A DNA stretch of 64,000 nucleotides, taken from IMG/VR virus record IMGVR_UViG_3300042402_002792; one strand, written 5' to 3'. Numbering within the stretch: the first letter of the stretch is position 1; every line of letters starts with the position of its first letter. This stretch comes from a virus (Duplodnaviria; Heunggongvirae; Uroviricota; Caudoviricetes). Positions 1 to 10,299 of the stretch are shown here, piece after piece. The translations under genes were made by a program, and so were the position numbers. The notes below the pieces were generated by a model. It did not search any database. It had not been told where the DNA came from and worked only from the letters and a program-made list of their open reading frames with translations.

Positions 1-2
1 CA

Positions 3-2069
3 GACAATGATGATATTGACCTACGATCAGGTAGAGATATTGATCTTATCGCGGCAGATGATGTTCTTATTCGAGCTGGCAGCGAATTTAGCCTAACGCT
101 CAATCAGCGTGACGGTCAAGCGGATACCGCCGGCATAGAGATTAGCACAAACAGTACCGCGTCTAATAATGTTTGGACATTTGGATTTGACGGCGATTTA
201 GCTTTACCGCAAGATGGTGGCATAGTATTTGACAGAGCCGATACAACAATCCGTGTGGGCATGGGATTCCACATTGCCAGCGGTGAAGGTATCAGTCTTG
301 ACGCTATTGATCAAACTGCTATACTAACTCTAAGTGGTGCTGGTAATGGTCCAGTAAATCAAACTTATAACAAAACTAACGATACGCTTTATACAGGTAA
401 TAACAACAGTAGTGTCACTGTAGAAAACTTAGGCGGCACTTGGTTTGTATTCATAGATGGTGATGCCAAATACACCAGCAATGATCTCATCGGGTGGGCT
501 CTAAGTACTGGACCTGGACCTGTGCCGGTTGGAGGATTATCAAATGGCTATAAAAGTTGGGGATTTTCTCCAACTGGTAATTTAACATTGCCAAACAACG
601 CTGTAATCCGTACAGACGGTGGAAATGTAGAAGTCGGCAATGTAACCAACTTTAATGTTGAAGCCGCAGGTGTTGTCAACATTTATACCGACGACGGTAC
701 TCATCAATGGCAGTTTGGCGATGATGGTAATTTGACTCTACCAACAGGTGGAGACATTCTTGACAGCACAGGAAATAGTGTTTTAGGTGGTGGCGGTAAC
801 ACAGGCAATGTCACATTCAGCGATCAAATTGTCATGGGCACTGGGACCAATGACGGCGGTGGCGGATTGTATCTAGCCCCTGGACCTAACAGTATTGCTG
901 ACAGCGCAGTACAATACTTGAGAGTACGCGGCGGCGATTTTCCAACTCACATACATCTTGACACTGGCAACAATGCTTATTATGACCAATACTTTGGTGC
1001 CGACTCAAAATATGTAAAGTTAGAAGCCAGCGGCAACATAGTGATCAACGCCGATGATGGTGCGAATGGTGCAACTTGGACCTTTGATACAAATGGTGAC
1101 CTAACAGTTCCTGGCGGGATTAAATCTTCTATCAGCAATAACTTAGCTATAGAAACAGAAAGTTTACCAACTAATCCTCCTACTACCATCGTTATCAGTG
1201 GTGCTGATTTTACAGCAGTGAATTTAACCTACATCAAAGATGGAGCAAATTCAATTTGGTATCCTGCTGGTTATAATCCTGCCACCGATCCTTACATTGA
1301 GTTTGGAATGGGCTTTGGAATTTTTGTTCCAGGATTTAATCAAGCACTTTATGTCAACACTGGAACTTTAAATATACCATTAGTACAGTGGAACACTAAT
1401 CCTCCATTAGGTAGCGTGGCTCCTACAGGTGTATACACTTACTCTGGTACCTACACTCGTGCTTGGACATTTGGCACGAATGGCAATTTAACTATTCCCG
1501 GCGGCATTTCGTCCATAGATCATCTTAATTTAGACGCAGATTACGACGGCGGCTATAGTGTATACATTGGTAGCAATCATCCCACAGCAGGAATGCTTGG
1601 GGGTGTAGTATTAGGTGACACTAGAGGTGGGTTTGTACAAGTTATTTCACAAAAATTAATTGTTGGCGAAACTGCTGTACCTACACATAGTACAGGTGCT
1701 GTAGGTGACGTCGAAGGGCAAGTAGCATTTGATAGCAACTATATCTATTACTGTACTGCTAACTACAATCAAGTGGGTCATCAGGTCACAGGAGCAGACT
1801 ATCTTGGAAGAGGATCACTCAACACCAACGCATTCCAACTGACCAAAACTGCTGACACTCTACAGATCACAGTAGGTGACATTATATCAGATGCTAATGG
1901 TGGGGCGACCAGCACAGTAATAACTGTGTCTAGTGATGCCGACTATACCTATGTGAACACGGGCGGCTTGGCTTATAACGCAGTATTACCATTAACGTTT
2001 ACCAGCACAGATTATGTGTCTGGTGGAAATATTTGGAAGCGTGTGGCCTGGAGTGCAGACACTTGGTAA
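3..2069 (+). CDS. Tail fibre / receptor-binding protein (5'-truncated by window edge)
   Basis: The frame is open from nt 3 (DNDDIDLRSGRD...). It has five W-x-F-x3-G-x-L-x2-P repeats, is Gly/Thr/Asn-rich, and ends in a YIYYCTANY...IWKRVAW motif typical of phage fibre ends. Confidence 0.75.
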   Translation, partial: DNDDIDLRSGRDIDLIAADDVLIRAGSEFSLTLNQRDGQADTAGIEISTNSTASNNVWTFGFDGDLALPQDGGIVFDRADTTIRVGMGFHIASGEGISLDAIDQTAILTLSGAGNGPVNQTYNKTNDTLYTGNNNSSVTVENLGGTWFVFIDGDAKYTSNDLIGWALSTGPGPVPVGGLSNGYKSWGFSPTGNLTLPNNAVIRTDGGNVEVGNVTNFNVEAAGVVNIYTDDGTHQWQFGDDGNLTLPTGGDILDSTGNSVLGGGGNTGNVTFSDQIVMGTGTNDGGGGLYLAPGPNSIADSAVQYLRVRGGDFPTHIHLDTGNNAYYDQYFGADSKYVKLEASGNIVINADDGANGATWTFDTNGDLTVPGGIKSSISNNLAIETESLPTNPPTTIVISGADFTAVNLTYIKDGANSIWYPAGYNPATDPYIEFGMGFGIFVPGFNQALYVNTGTLNIPLVQWNTNPPLGSVAPTGVYTYSGTYTRAWTFGTNGNLTIPGGISSIDHLNLDADYDGGYSVYIGSNHPTAGMLGGVVLGDTRGGFVQVISQKLIVGETAVPTHSTGAVGDVEGQVAFDSNYIYYCTANYNQVGHQVTGADYLGRGSLNTNAFQLTKTADTLQITVGDIISDANGGATSTVITVSSDADYTYVNTGGLAYNAVLPLTFTSTDYVSGGNIWKRVAWSADTW

Positions 2070-2073
2070 ACGG

Positions 2074-2079
2074 TAAATA
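2074..2079 (+). promoter_or_regulatory. T4-like late promoter motif TAAATA
   Basis: TAAATA lies 18 nt upstream of the ATG at 2098. The same motif recurs upstream of many structural genes. Confidence 0.55.
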
Positions 2080-2097
2080 TACTAAAGAGAGTGGATT

Positions 2098-2820
2098 ATG
2101 GCAATTCAATTAGTTAACTTGGGTACTTACGCTAACGACAGCACAGGCGACGATTTACGCACGGCTTTTAATAAAGTTAATGCTAATTTTACAGAATTAG
2201 ACACTATTGTTGCTGTTAACGCTGCAAACTTAGGAACTGGCACTGGGGTGTTTGCTAGCAAAGTTGACGACCCTGGCCTAGGTAATTTGTTTAATTTTAG
2301 AAGTATTGCAGTAGGATCTAATCTTACCTTAAGTCTAGCTAATAATACAATTACAGTTAATACACAAAGCACAATAACTGCTAACTTAATAGGTAATGTT
2401 ACAGGTAATGTTACAGGTAATGTTACAGGTAATGTTACAGGTAATGTTACAGGAAATGCAGATACTGTAACTAATGGTGTTTACACAACATCAAGTATCA
2501 ATGCGTTAGCCGATGTTGACACAGTGACAATTGCACCGACAAACGGGCAGGCGCTTGCATGGAGCGGGACTGCATGGACTCCGCAGACTATTGCAGCAGG
2601 TGTAAGCAGAATCATAGCAGGAACTAACGTAACAATAAGTCCAACTAACGGGTTAGGCCAAGTTACTATTAATTCGTCAGGTGTAAGTGATGTTTTTGAT
2701 CTAGGCGAATTTCAACAAACATACGAAAACCCTATTAGTTACTTACTCGATCAAGTAGGAGTAGACGTTGGTACATTTACTTCGCCAGCATCATTTACCA
2801 TAGACGGCGGAACATTTTAA
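2098..2820 (+). CDS. Baseplate/tail fibre protein with T4 gp9/gp10-like N-terminus
   Basis: The N-terminus LGTYANDSTGDDLRTAFNKVNANFTEL resembles the T4 gp10 N-terminal motif. It also has (GNVT)5 repeats. Confidence 0.7.
   Translation: MAIQLVNLGTYANDSTGDDLRTAFNKVNANFTELDTIVAVNAANLGTGTGVFASKVDDPGLGNLFNFRSIAVGSNLTLSLANNTITVNTQSTITANLIGNVTGNVTGNVTGNVTGNVTGNADTVTNGVYTTSSINALADVDTVTIAPTNGQALAWSGTAWTPQTIAAGVSRIIAGTNVTISPTNGLGQVTINSSGVSDVFDLGEFQQTYENPISYLLDQVGVDVGTFTSPASFTIDGGTF
2392..2451 (+). repeat. Perfect 12-bp tandem repeat (GGTAATGTTACA)x5 encoding (GNVT)5
   Basis: Read directly from the sequence. Confidence 0.95.
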
Positions 2821-2837
2821 AGGTTTAGGAGAACAGA

Positions 2838-4136
2838 ATGGCATTACAAATTCGTAGAGGCACAGCGGCACAAAGAACAGGTATAACACCAGCTGCTGGT
2901 GAGCTCTTATATACAACAGATACAAAGTTAGTATATGTCGGTGACGGAACTACAGCTGGAGGAAACATTATTTCAGGTGGCGGTGGTGGAATAACTGACA
3001 TTGTGAACGATACTACGCCTCAATTAGGCGGCAATTTAGATGTTAATAGTTTTGCTATATTATCAACATCAAACGGCAATGTTACTGTTGTTGCAGACGG
3101 TACTGGAACTGTTACTTTAGGGTCTCTTGTAACTATAGGTAGTAATGCACTAGGGTTAAACGGTAATTTAACTATACTACAAAATGCATTTCAATCGTCA
3201 GGATTTACCTATGCTCAGCATCATTCAACTGTAGATTCTAGTAATTTTCAATTTTTAAGAACCCGAGGCACCGGCACAGCACAAACTGCTACTGTCAACG
3301 GAGACGATATTATTGACATGACATTTTTAGGTCATGATGGCACTACGGCATTTACAGCAGCAGCAATGACTGTATCAATAGACGGCGCCGTAACTACCGG
3401 AAGAGTTCCTGGTAGAATTAGATTTTTCTTGCACGACGGCATCACAACAGGTCAAGCTGGTGTAAGAACAAGATTAGAATTAGTAAAAGACGGTACAGTA
3501 AAAGTTGATAAATTAGGTGGATTGACTAGCACTAGCATAGCTGTACAAAATGGTAATACTATTGACATCGGTGATGTTCGATTGAGTAATAGTGGTTTAA
3601 GCACAGTTAACTCTAATGCTAATTTGTTTATTACAGCTAACTCAAACGGTCGAGTTTACATTGATGGATCAGGCTGGCCTGCTTCATTAGGTACAACAGG
3701 ACAGTTTTTAACTACTGACGGAGCAGGTTCGTTATCATGGGGCAATGCTCCTGGATCAGCTGTAAGAACTACAGCCCAGGCATCTACTACTAGCGTGGCT
3801 AATGGTGGCACTGTTCCTATTCTTATAACAGGATTTAAAACTTATTCATTGTTAAAAATTGAAACCAGTCATGCAGCTTGGGTAAGATTATATGTGTCTG
3901 ACGCTGCTAGAACGGCAGACGCAGTGCGAACTGAAGGTGTAGATCCTGCACCTGGTGCAGGAGTTTTAGCTGAAGTTGTTACAACCGGAGGACAAACTAT
4001 ATTAATGAGTCCTGGAGTATTTGGATGGAGTAACGAAAGTCCAGCAAATACAAACATCCCATGTGCTGTTACAAACAAATCAGGATCAACTGCTATTATT
4101 ACTGTTACTTTAACATTAATTCAACTAGAGGCTTAA
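2838..4136 (+). CDS. Tail fibre protein with Mtd_N/hyaluronidase-like N-terminal domain
   Basis: N-terminus LQIRRGTAAQ...PAAGELLYTTDTKLVYVGDG; DTTPQLGGNLD motif; AGGAG-type SD upstream. Confidence 0.75.
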   Translation: MALQIRRGTAAQRTGITPAAGELLYTTDTKLVYVGDGTTAGGNIISGGGGGITDIVNDTTPQLGGNLDVNSFAILSTSNGNVTVVADGTGTVTLGSLVTIGSNALGLNGNLTILQNAFQSSGFTYAQHHSTVDSSNFQFLRTRGTGTAQTATVNGDDIIDMTFLGHDGTTAFTAAAMTVSIDGAVTTGRVPGRIRFFLHDGITTGQAGVRTRLELVKDGTVKVDKLGGLTSTSIAVQNGNTIDIGDVRLSNSGLSTVNSNANLFITANSNGRVYIDGSGWPASLGTTGQFLTTDGAGSLSWGNAPGSAVRTTAQASTTSVANGGTVPILITGFKTYSLLKIETSHAAWVRLYVSDAARTADAVRTEGVDPAPGAGVLAEVVTTGGQTILMSPGVFGWSNESPANTNIPCAVTNKSGSTAIITVTLTLIQLEA

Positions 4137-4137
4137 T

Positions 4138-6879
4138 ATGAGTATTGTAGATTACATTCGAAAACAAGAATACATTGTCACTGTAAAAAATTTTGCAGAT
4201 TTAGATGTAATCTATGATGAGTTAGAATCTGTTGGAAAAACACCTCCTACTGCGGACTTAGAAAGATCTGTCCATTGTGTACATCGTAAACCATTAAGTA
4301 GGAATACTCATTATCTTCTAGCAGAATGGGAAGCATTAGAATTAGCCAAAGATCCAAGAATATTAAGTGTTGAACTAGCTCCACATCTTAAAGGTATTAA
4401 TCCAGGGTTGTTATACGAAGAAGAAGACATTACTGTATCAGAAGAACAGTTTGAAAACAGTATAGATGAAACTACAGCATCAATTCAACAAACATCTAGT
4501 GGTTGGGATAAATCAGGTTCTACCAGTAATACCATGCGTAATTGGGCACTGCTTCGTTGCATCGAAGGAGTACAACGATCAGGATGGGGCGGTACTGGCT
4601 ATGAAGGCGGTGGTACAGGAACTGCTAGTCAAACCGGAACAATTACTCTAAGTCAAATAGGTCGAAATGTTGACGTTGTAATCTGTGACGAAAATGGTAT
4701 AGTGTGGAACCATCCTGAATATGCTGTAAACGCAGACGGAACTGGTGGTTCAAGAGCTGTTCAATATAACTGGTTCCAGCACAACTTAGCAGTTAAAGGT
4801 ACATCGCCGGGAACTTATTCTTACGGTACAGGAGGCCACTCTACTCACGTGGCAGGCACAGTAGCGGGCAACACTCAAGGTTGGGCTCGAGCTGCTAACA
4901 TCTATAACATTTATTATGCAGCCGGTGACGACAGTAATTACACCTTTCCGTATGTAATGGATTATGTTAGAGAGTTCCACAGAACAAAATCAGTAAATCT
5001 ATCTACTGGTAGAAAAAATCCTACTATTGTTAACAACAGTTGGGGCATGAGTATATTTCCGTCTGAATGGTCATTTTCGGACATTACGGCTGTAACATAT
5101 AGAGGTATTAGATACACACCAGAAACTGGTGCTACAACCTATACTGGTTACAGCGGAGTATGTACTTCTAATCAAAGATTAGCTACTTTACTAGGTGAAG
5201 AAAACTTTGGTAATAGAATTTCAACGGCAGGCCCATATACACCCCCGTCTGGATTTATTGTAAATAAACCAGCTAGTTGGAGTCAAACAGGCCAACAAGC
5301 ATATTTGACACAGTTATCAGAACCAGACGGTACATATACTATTACCGTTGACGGTCCTGCAGATCTAGATCTAATACACAATGTTGCAGTAGATGCTATT
5401 TCAGGTGTAATTAGTTTAGAAGGTGAAATAATAATTTACGACAGCAGTAGTACTGAAGTTACTAGATTTTCTGCTGGACCAGTGAGCGATACTAATGGCG
5501 GAACTATAGAGATTGATATTCGAGAAACATACAGCTTAACAAATAACGAAGTATATACTATTATATTCAATACAATTAGTCAAGCAGATGATCCTGTGGC
5601 ACAATTTGCTACAGCTATGAGTTTAACTGTTAAAACAGAAAGTTCGCCAGCTAGTGCGAGTGTTACTAGTATTACAAATAGTTTACTAGGACCAGCATCG
5701 TTAACAGCGTCAACTACACCAACTGACATCGCAGGAAATACAACTAACCCAAACGACGATGCATTTTGGACATTAAATTTGCCTTTTTCAATTGAATACT
5801 TAGGCAATTCTTATAGCACAATTTATGTAAGCACTAATCATTATCTTACATTTGGTGGTGGATCTTTTAATTATACTGGGTTGGGGCCTTCTAATCCTAA
5901 TTTACCAAAGATCATGTGGTCATGTGCTGATAACTCTATACAAAGAATTTATTACGGAACAGAGGGATCTGCACCAAATAGAACTTATCGAGTTCGTACA
6001 GAAGGCAATGCGTCAACAACTGGCATATTAGGTAGCCCGGGCATGGTATGTGAATGGGTCTTCTACGAAAACAACCCCACGCAAATTGATCTTCAACTAG
6101 GTGTAAACAATAGAAAAACAACTGGTAGCGGCTTTACTACTAACCAGCTTAATTCGTGGGGTTTTATTTCAGGACAACGTATTCCAGTACGTGTTACTGC
6201 ATTAGACACTGACCTTGAAGATGCTTATGCAGAAGGAATTATACAAGTAGGTGCGGCAGGAAACGGACGTTGGAAGCACGATTTGCCTGGCGGATTAGAC
6301 TGGGATAACACATTTGAAATGGGGACACGATATCCTGGTCAAGTATACTATTACATGAGAGGCACTAGTCCTACGGCAAACGATACTGCGGCAGATGGAA
6401 CTTTTGAATTACCTGCTATATGTGTAGGATCTGTTGACACAAGATCCACAGACCAAAAAGTAGTTTACAGTGATTGCGGACCTGGTGTGGACATATGGGC
6501 ACCAGGCACTTACATTATAAGTTCGTATACCGGTGGTGTAAGCGATTCTCGAGGCACTGGCCTAGTTGGTAAATTGTCTGGTACTAGTATGGCAAGTCCG
6601 CAAGTTTGCGGTGTGATAGCTTGTGCATTAGAAAAATATCCTCACTGGAATCAATATCAAGCAAAGCAGTATATACAAGCTATTGCTAGATCAAATCAAC
6701 TAACTGAATCCAACGGTGGGCCTGCAGATGGACAAGACTTACAAAATGCACCTAATTTATTTTTATATTATAAAATAGAAAGACAAACAACTGGATTAGC
6801 ATTTCCTAGTTTAACTAATAGTTTAAGACCGGAGACTGGTGCTGTTTATCCTAGAACAAGAATTAGAAGGACTTACTAA
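4138..6879 (+). CDS. Subtilisin-like S8 serine protease with large insertion, probably virion-associated
   Basis: Catalytic motifs: VDVVICD (D184), HSTHVAGTVAG (H234), AAGNG (N709), SGTSMASPQV (S817). Located in the tail operon. Confidence 0.9.
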   Translation: MSIVDYIRKQEYIVTVKNFADLDVIYDELESVGKTPPTADLERSVHCVHRKPLSRNTHYLLAEWEALELAKDPRILSVELAPHLKGINPGLLYEEEDITVSEEQFENSIDETTASIQQTSSGWDKSGSTSNTMRNWALLRCIEGVQRSGWGGTGYEGGGTGTASQTGTITLSQIGRNVDVVICDENGIVWNHPEYAVNADGTGGSRAVQYNWFQHNLAVKGTSPGTYSYGTGGHSTHVAGTVAGNTQGWARAANIYNIYYAAGDDSNYTFPYVMDYVREFHRTKSVNLSTGRKNPTIVNNSWGMSIFPSEWSFSDITAVTYRGIRYTPETGATTYTGYSGVCTSNQRLATLLGEENFGNRISTAGPYTPPSGFIVNKPASWSQTGQQAYLTQLSEPDGTYTITVDGPADLDLIHNVAVDAISGVISLEGEIIIYDSSSTEVTRFSAGPVSDTNGGTIEIDIRETYSLTNNEVYTIIFNTISQADDPVAQFATAMSLTVKTESSPASASVTSITNSLLGPASLTASTTPTDIAGNTTNPNDDAFWTLNLPFSIEYLGNSYSTIYVSTNHYLTFGGGSFNYTGLGPSNPNLPKIMWSCADNSIQRIYYGTEGSAPNRTYRVRTEGNASTTGILGSPGMVCEWVFYENNPTQIDLQLGVNNRKTTGSGFTTNQLNSWGFISGQRIPVRVTALDTDLEDAYAEGIIQVGAAGNGRWKHDLPGGLDWDNTFEMGTRYPGQVYYYMRGTSPTANDTAADGTFELPAICVGSVDTRSTDQKVVYSDCGPGVDIWAPGTYIISSYTGGVSDSRGTGLVGKLSGTSMASPQVCGVIACALEKYPHWNQYQAKQYIQAIARSNQLTESNGGPADGQDLQNAPNLFLYYKIERQTTGLAFPSLTNSLRPETGAVYPRTRIRRTY

Positions 6880-9479
6880 TGGCTTTGACAATTTGGTCAC
6901 AACCTTCTGGCTATCGATTTGGCACCATTCAAGAACGCACAATTGTTAATCAACAATTACCAGTGTCTTATAGTAGCGGTTTTGATGACAGTACTAATCT
7001 TGACTTTAAAGTTATATCAGGCAAATTACCTGAAGGACTAAGATTAGAAAACGATATGATTGTTGGTACGCCATTTGAAGTGCCTAGAACTACTGATTTT
7101 AAATTTGTTATTAGAGCCACTTACGACAGTCAAATAGCCGATAGGACGTTTTACTGGACTATAGAGGGATCTGATGAACCTAGGTGGGATACACAAGCAG
7201 GATCACTTCCAGTAGGTCCCAACGATCGATATTTTGTTCTTGATAGTAGCTACATAGATTTTCAACTACAGGTAACAGACTTTGATACTGCTGCTGGCCA
7301 AAAACTTAGTTTTTTCCAGCCTAAAGGAGGCGGTCAATTACCGCCAGGATTAATACTAACAAAAACAGGTAGGATAGTAGGTTGGGTACAGCCAGCATTA
7401 GCTATCCCAGAAACTGCTGGTAACGGATCTTATGATGCAAGTTACTTTGATAATGTAGCTTACGATTTTGGTTATAGATCTAGTAACGGGTTTGATAGTT
7501 TTTTATACGAAACTACATTATTTGATTATAGTACCGATTCGTTAATACCAAAAAAACTTAATAGATACTACGAATTTTTAGTAACCGTTACCGATGGCGA
7601 TACTTCGTCAACTAGAAAATTTAAAATATATGTTGTTGGCGACGATTATTTTAGAGCAGATAACGTAGCAGTCAGTGCAGGCAATGGCACATTTACTACA
7701 GACGGAACTTACGTAAGAGCTCCTATATGGGTAACTCCTAACAACCTTGGCATTAAACGTGCCAACAACTATCTAACATTTAAATTAGATACATACGAAT
7801 CAATTAATTTAGGACAAATAACTTACAGACTAGATCCAGTAAATCCCACTATTAGTGCTAAAACATTTACTACATCACCTAATGAAAATAAAATTGGTAA
7901 AAATCTTGTAAGGATAAAAAGTTCTACTGGAGTCCCGCAGATTAATAACAAATTCTGGTTAAGAGATTATATTACAGGAGCAAGCACTACTGTTTATAAT
8001 ATTGTAAACGTACAAACTGTGTCAAGTACAGAATATGTACTAACAGTTCTGCCTACACTTGAAGTAAAATTAGATAATAACAAACTAGTCGAATTTGGCA
8101 CACCTAGTGTTTTACCTCCAGGCATGCAGTTTGATCTCGGAACTGGAGAAGTATTTGGGGTTGTTCCTTATCAGCCTGCAATTACCTTAGATTACTCTTT
8201 TACAATTACTGCCACAAGATACGGCGATCGCGGTGAAACAGCTAACTCCAAACGCACATTTTCTGTAACTACTATAGGCGAAATTGACAGCATAATGTCA
8301 TGGAATAGCTTAGAAAATTTAGGTTCTATTGGTGCTAATTACATCAGTAATTTATTTGTATCAGCGTCATCCACTGTTAAAGATTCTGTTATATTGTATG
8401 TTAAAACTTCTGGAGAATTACCTCCGGGGTTAACATTAAACTTAGACGGAGAAATAACCGGTAAAGTAAAACAATTTTCAACTGGAACTAATGATGGGTT
8501 AACTACAATTGATCAAGGAAATCTTGTTTTAGATAATTCTACAACTTCCGTTGATAGAGAATTTATTTTTACTGTACAAGCTAGAGATATATTAAGCTAT
8601 AGTGCTATAAGCAGAACATTTACCTTAAGAATCGATACCCCTAATGATCGATTGTATAGTAATTTACATGTTCGACCGTTCTTGAAACAAAATCAAAGGG
8701 AACTTTTTAGATCATTTATTACAGATAGTAATGTGTTTGATATTACAGCTATCTATAGACCAAGTGACCCAAATTTTGGTATACAGCAAGATTTAAAAAT
8801 GTTAGTGTATGCAGGCATTGAAACTGTAAATGCTGCAAAAGTAGTTAGTGCTATAGGCAGAAATCATAAACCAAAAAAGTTCTCTTTTGGTGAAGTTAAA
8901 AAAGCTCAAGCTAAAATTAGAGGAACTAATACAGTAGTCTACGAAGTGATCTATTTGGATGTAGTAGATCAATTAGAAAAAGGCAAAACAAAACTACCGT
9001 TACAAATATTTGGATCTAGTCACAAAAAAGCTATAACCGTTGATCAAAATAATCAGTATTATAACGGGCCATTTAATCAAGATACGTACTACTGGGATCC
9101 AGCAGATCCATTTGCTGTCTCAGCAGATTCTAACAATGTATTTGCAGACGATCCTTATACCCAAAGGCGTTTTCCTGTAAGTGTACGATTATGGCGAGAG
9201 CGTATTAAAGCTATTGGTTTACGAGATCGCGATTACTTACCTTTATGGATGCGTACTATACAAGACGGAACATTTAATGAAATTGACTGGGTTCCTGCAA
9301 TACCGTTATGTTACTGTAAACCTGGACGAGGTGATGATATTCTTTTAAATATCAAAAATAGAAATTTTGATTTTAGACAAATCGACTATGTAATTGATCG
9401 CTACATAATAGATTCTGTCACCGGTAATAGCAACGATAAATATATCGTATTTGAGAATGATAGGACAAGTATAACATGA
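6879..9479 (+). CDS. Virion structural protein with putative Ig (He_PIG-like) repeats
   Basis: Repeated LP(P/E)G(L/M)-x-L/F-x3-G-x-I-x-G units; translationally coupled to the protease gene. Confidence 0.65.
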   Translation: MALTIWSQPSGYRFGTIQERTIVNQQLPVSYSSGFDDSTNLDFKVISGKLPEGLRLENDMIVGTPFEVPRTTDFKFVIRATYDSQIADRTFYWTIEGSDEPRWDTQAGSLPVGPNDRYFVLDSSYIDFQLQVTDFDTAAGQKLSFFQPKGGGQLPPGLILTKTGRIVGWVQPALAIPETAGNGSYDASYFDNVAYDFGYRSSNGFDSFLYETTLFDYSTDSLIPKKLNRYYEFLVTVTDGDTSSTRKFKIYVVGDDYFRADNVAVSAGNGTFTTDGTYVRAPIWVTPNNLGIKRANNYLTFKLDTYESINLGQITYRLDPVNPTISAKTFTTSPNENKIGKNLVRIKSSTGVPQINNKFWLRDYITGASTTVYNIVNVQTVSSTEYVLTVLPTLEVKLDNNKLVEFGTPSVLPPGMQFDLGTGEVFGVVPYQPAITLDYSFTITATRYGDRGETANSKRTFSVTTIGEIDSIMSWNSLENLGSIGANYISNLFVSASSTVKDSVILYVKTSGELPPGLTLNLDGEITGKVKQFSTGTNDGLTTIDQGNLVLDNSTTSVDREFIFTVQARDILSYSAISRTFTLRIDTPNDRLYSNLHVRPFLKQNQRELFRSFITDSNVFDITAIYRPSDPNFGIQQDLKMLVYAGIETVNAAKVVSAIGRNHKPKKFSFGEVKKAQAKIRGTNTVVYEVIYLDVVDQLEKGKTKLPLQIFGSSHKKAITVDQNNQYYNGPFNQDTYYWDPADPFAVSADSNNVFADDPYTQRRFPVSVRLWRERIKAIGLRDRDYLPLWMRTIQDGTFNEIDWVPAIPLCYCKPGRGDDILLNIKNRNFDFRQIDYVIDRYIIDSVTGNSNDKYIVFENDRTSIT

Positions 9480-10063
9480 CAATTTCAACAGACATATCTG
9501 CGGCAACTACTGCGGCAACCCAAATTGACCCCACGTTTCCTATTGCAGGTAGAGATAACAACAGTCAAGGTTTTAGAGATAATTTTGACAACATAAAAAC
9601 TGGTATGACTAACATGGTTAGTGCTCTTACAGGCCTAAATACTAGAACACCAAAATTAGACGAAAACAATGATTTTAATGGTCAAGTTATTGAAAACGCC
9701 GAACTACGTCAAGTATACGGTTCTGTTTTAAATAATGGTACTACTAATACTAATGAGAATATTGACTTAAGACAAGGCCAATATTTTACATACACTATTA
9801 ATACAAACCTCACATTGACTTTTAGTCAGTGGCCTGCTGCTGACAAATATGCTCAATTTTACGTTGATTGTAAAAGCGATGGGACTGCAAGAACCTTAAC
9901 ATTTGCTACTACCAGCGGAACAATTGTTCGCCATCCTTCGTTAACACTACCGTATAATCTTAGTGCTAACGCTGACATACGTTCTATTTTTTCTGTATGG
10001 AGTGTAGACGGCGGGAACAAAGTTTTTATTAGATTGGTTGGGGACTTTGATACAACACCATGA
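9476..10063 (+). CDS. Virion structural protein (fibre-like N-terminus)
   Basis: PTFPIAGRDNNSQGFRDNFDNIK motif; GATAAATA late motif at 9435-9442. Confidence 0.55.
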   Translation: MTISTDISAATTAATQIDPTFPIAGRDNNSQGFRDNFDNIKTGMTNMVSALTGLNTRTPKLDENNDFNGQVIENAELRQVYGSVLNNGTTNTNENIDLRQGQYFTYTINTNLTLTFSQWPAADKYAQFYVDCKSDGTARTLTFATTSGTIVRHPSLTLPYNLSANADIRSIFSVWSVDGGNKVFIRLVGDFDTTP

Positions 10064-10290
10064 TACATCCATTAGCAGAAGATTTTAGCAAACTTAAAGA
10101 TAGCGAGATTGACACTCGAATTCAAGAACTAAGTAAGAAATACTGGCAAAGTCGAAATCCTGCTGTTCAAAATCAGATAAGTCTGTTTTTAGATTTATAC
10201 AGAGAGGAACTTCGTCATAGGCAATCAAAGATTTGGCAACAACACCAAAATAAGTCTCCTGAGCTTGACAAATTAATTAATGTCAAGTAA
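10060..10290 (+). CDS. Hypothetical protein
   Basis: ORF with ATGA overlap; helical and charged. Confidence 0.6.
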   Translation: MIHPLAEDFSKLKDSEIDTRIQELSKKYWQSRNPAVQNQISLFLDLYREELRHRQSKIWQQHQNKSPELDKLINVK

Positions 10291-10293
10291 AAT
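10265..10293 (+). promoter_or_regulatory. Sigma70-type promoter TTGACA-17-TAAAAT with inverted repeat CTTGACA/TGTCAAG
   Basis: Read directly; the ATG at 10300 lies 7 nt after the -10 box. Confidence 0.8.
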
Positions 10294-10299
10294 AGCTAG

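Noticed and set aside
2838-4136. Diversity-generating retroelement target
   Set aside because: An Mtd_N-like N-terminus is present, but there is no reverse transcriptase and no TR/VR repeat pair in the window.
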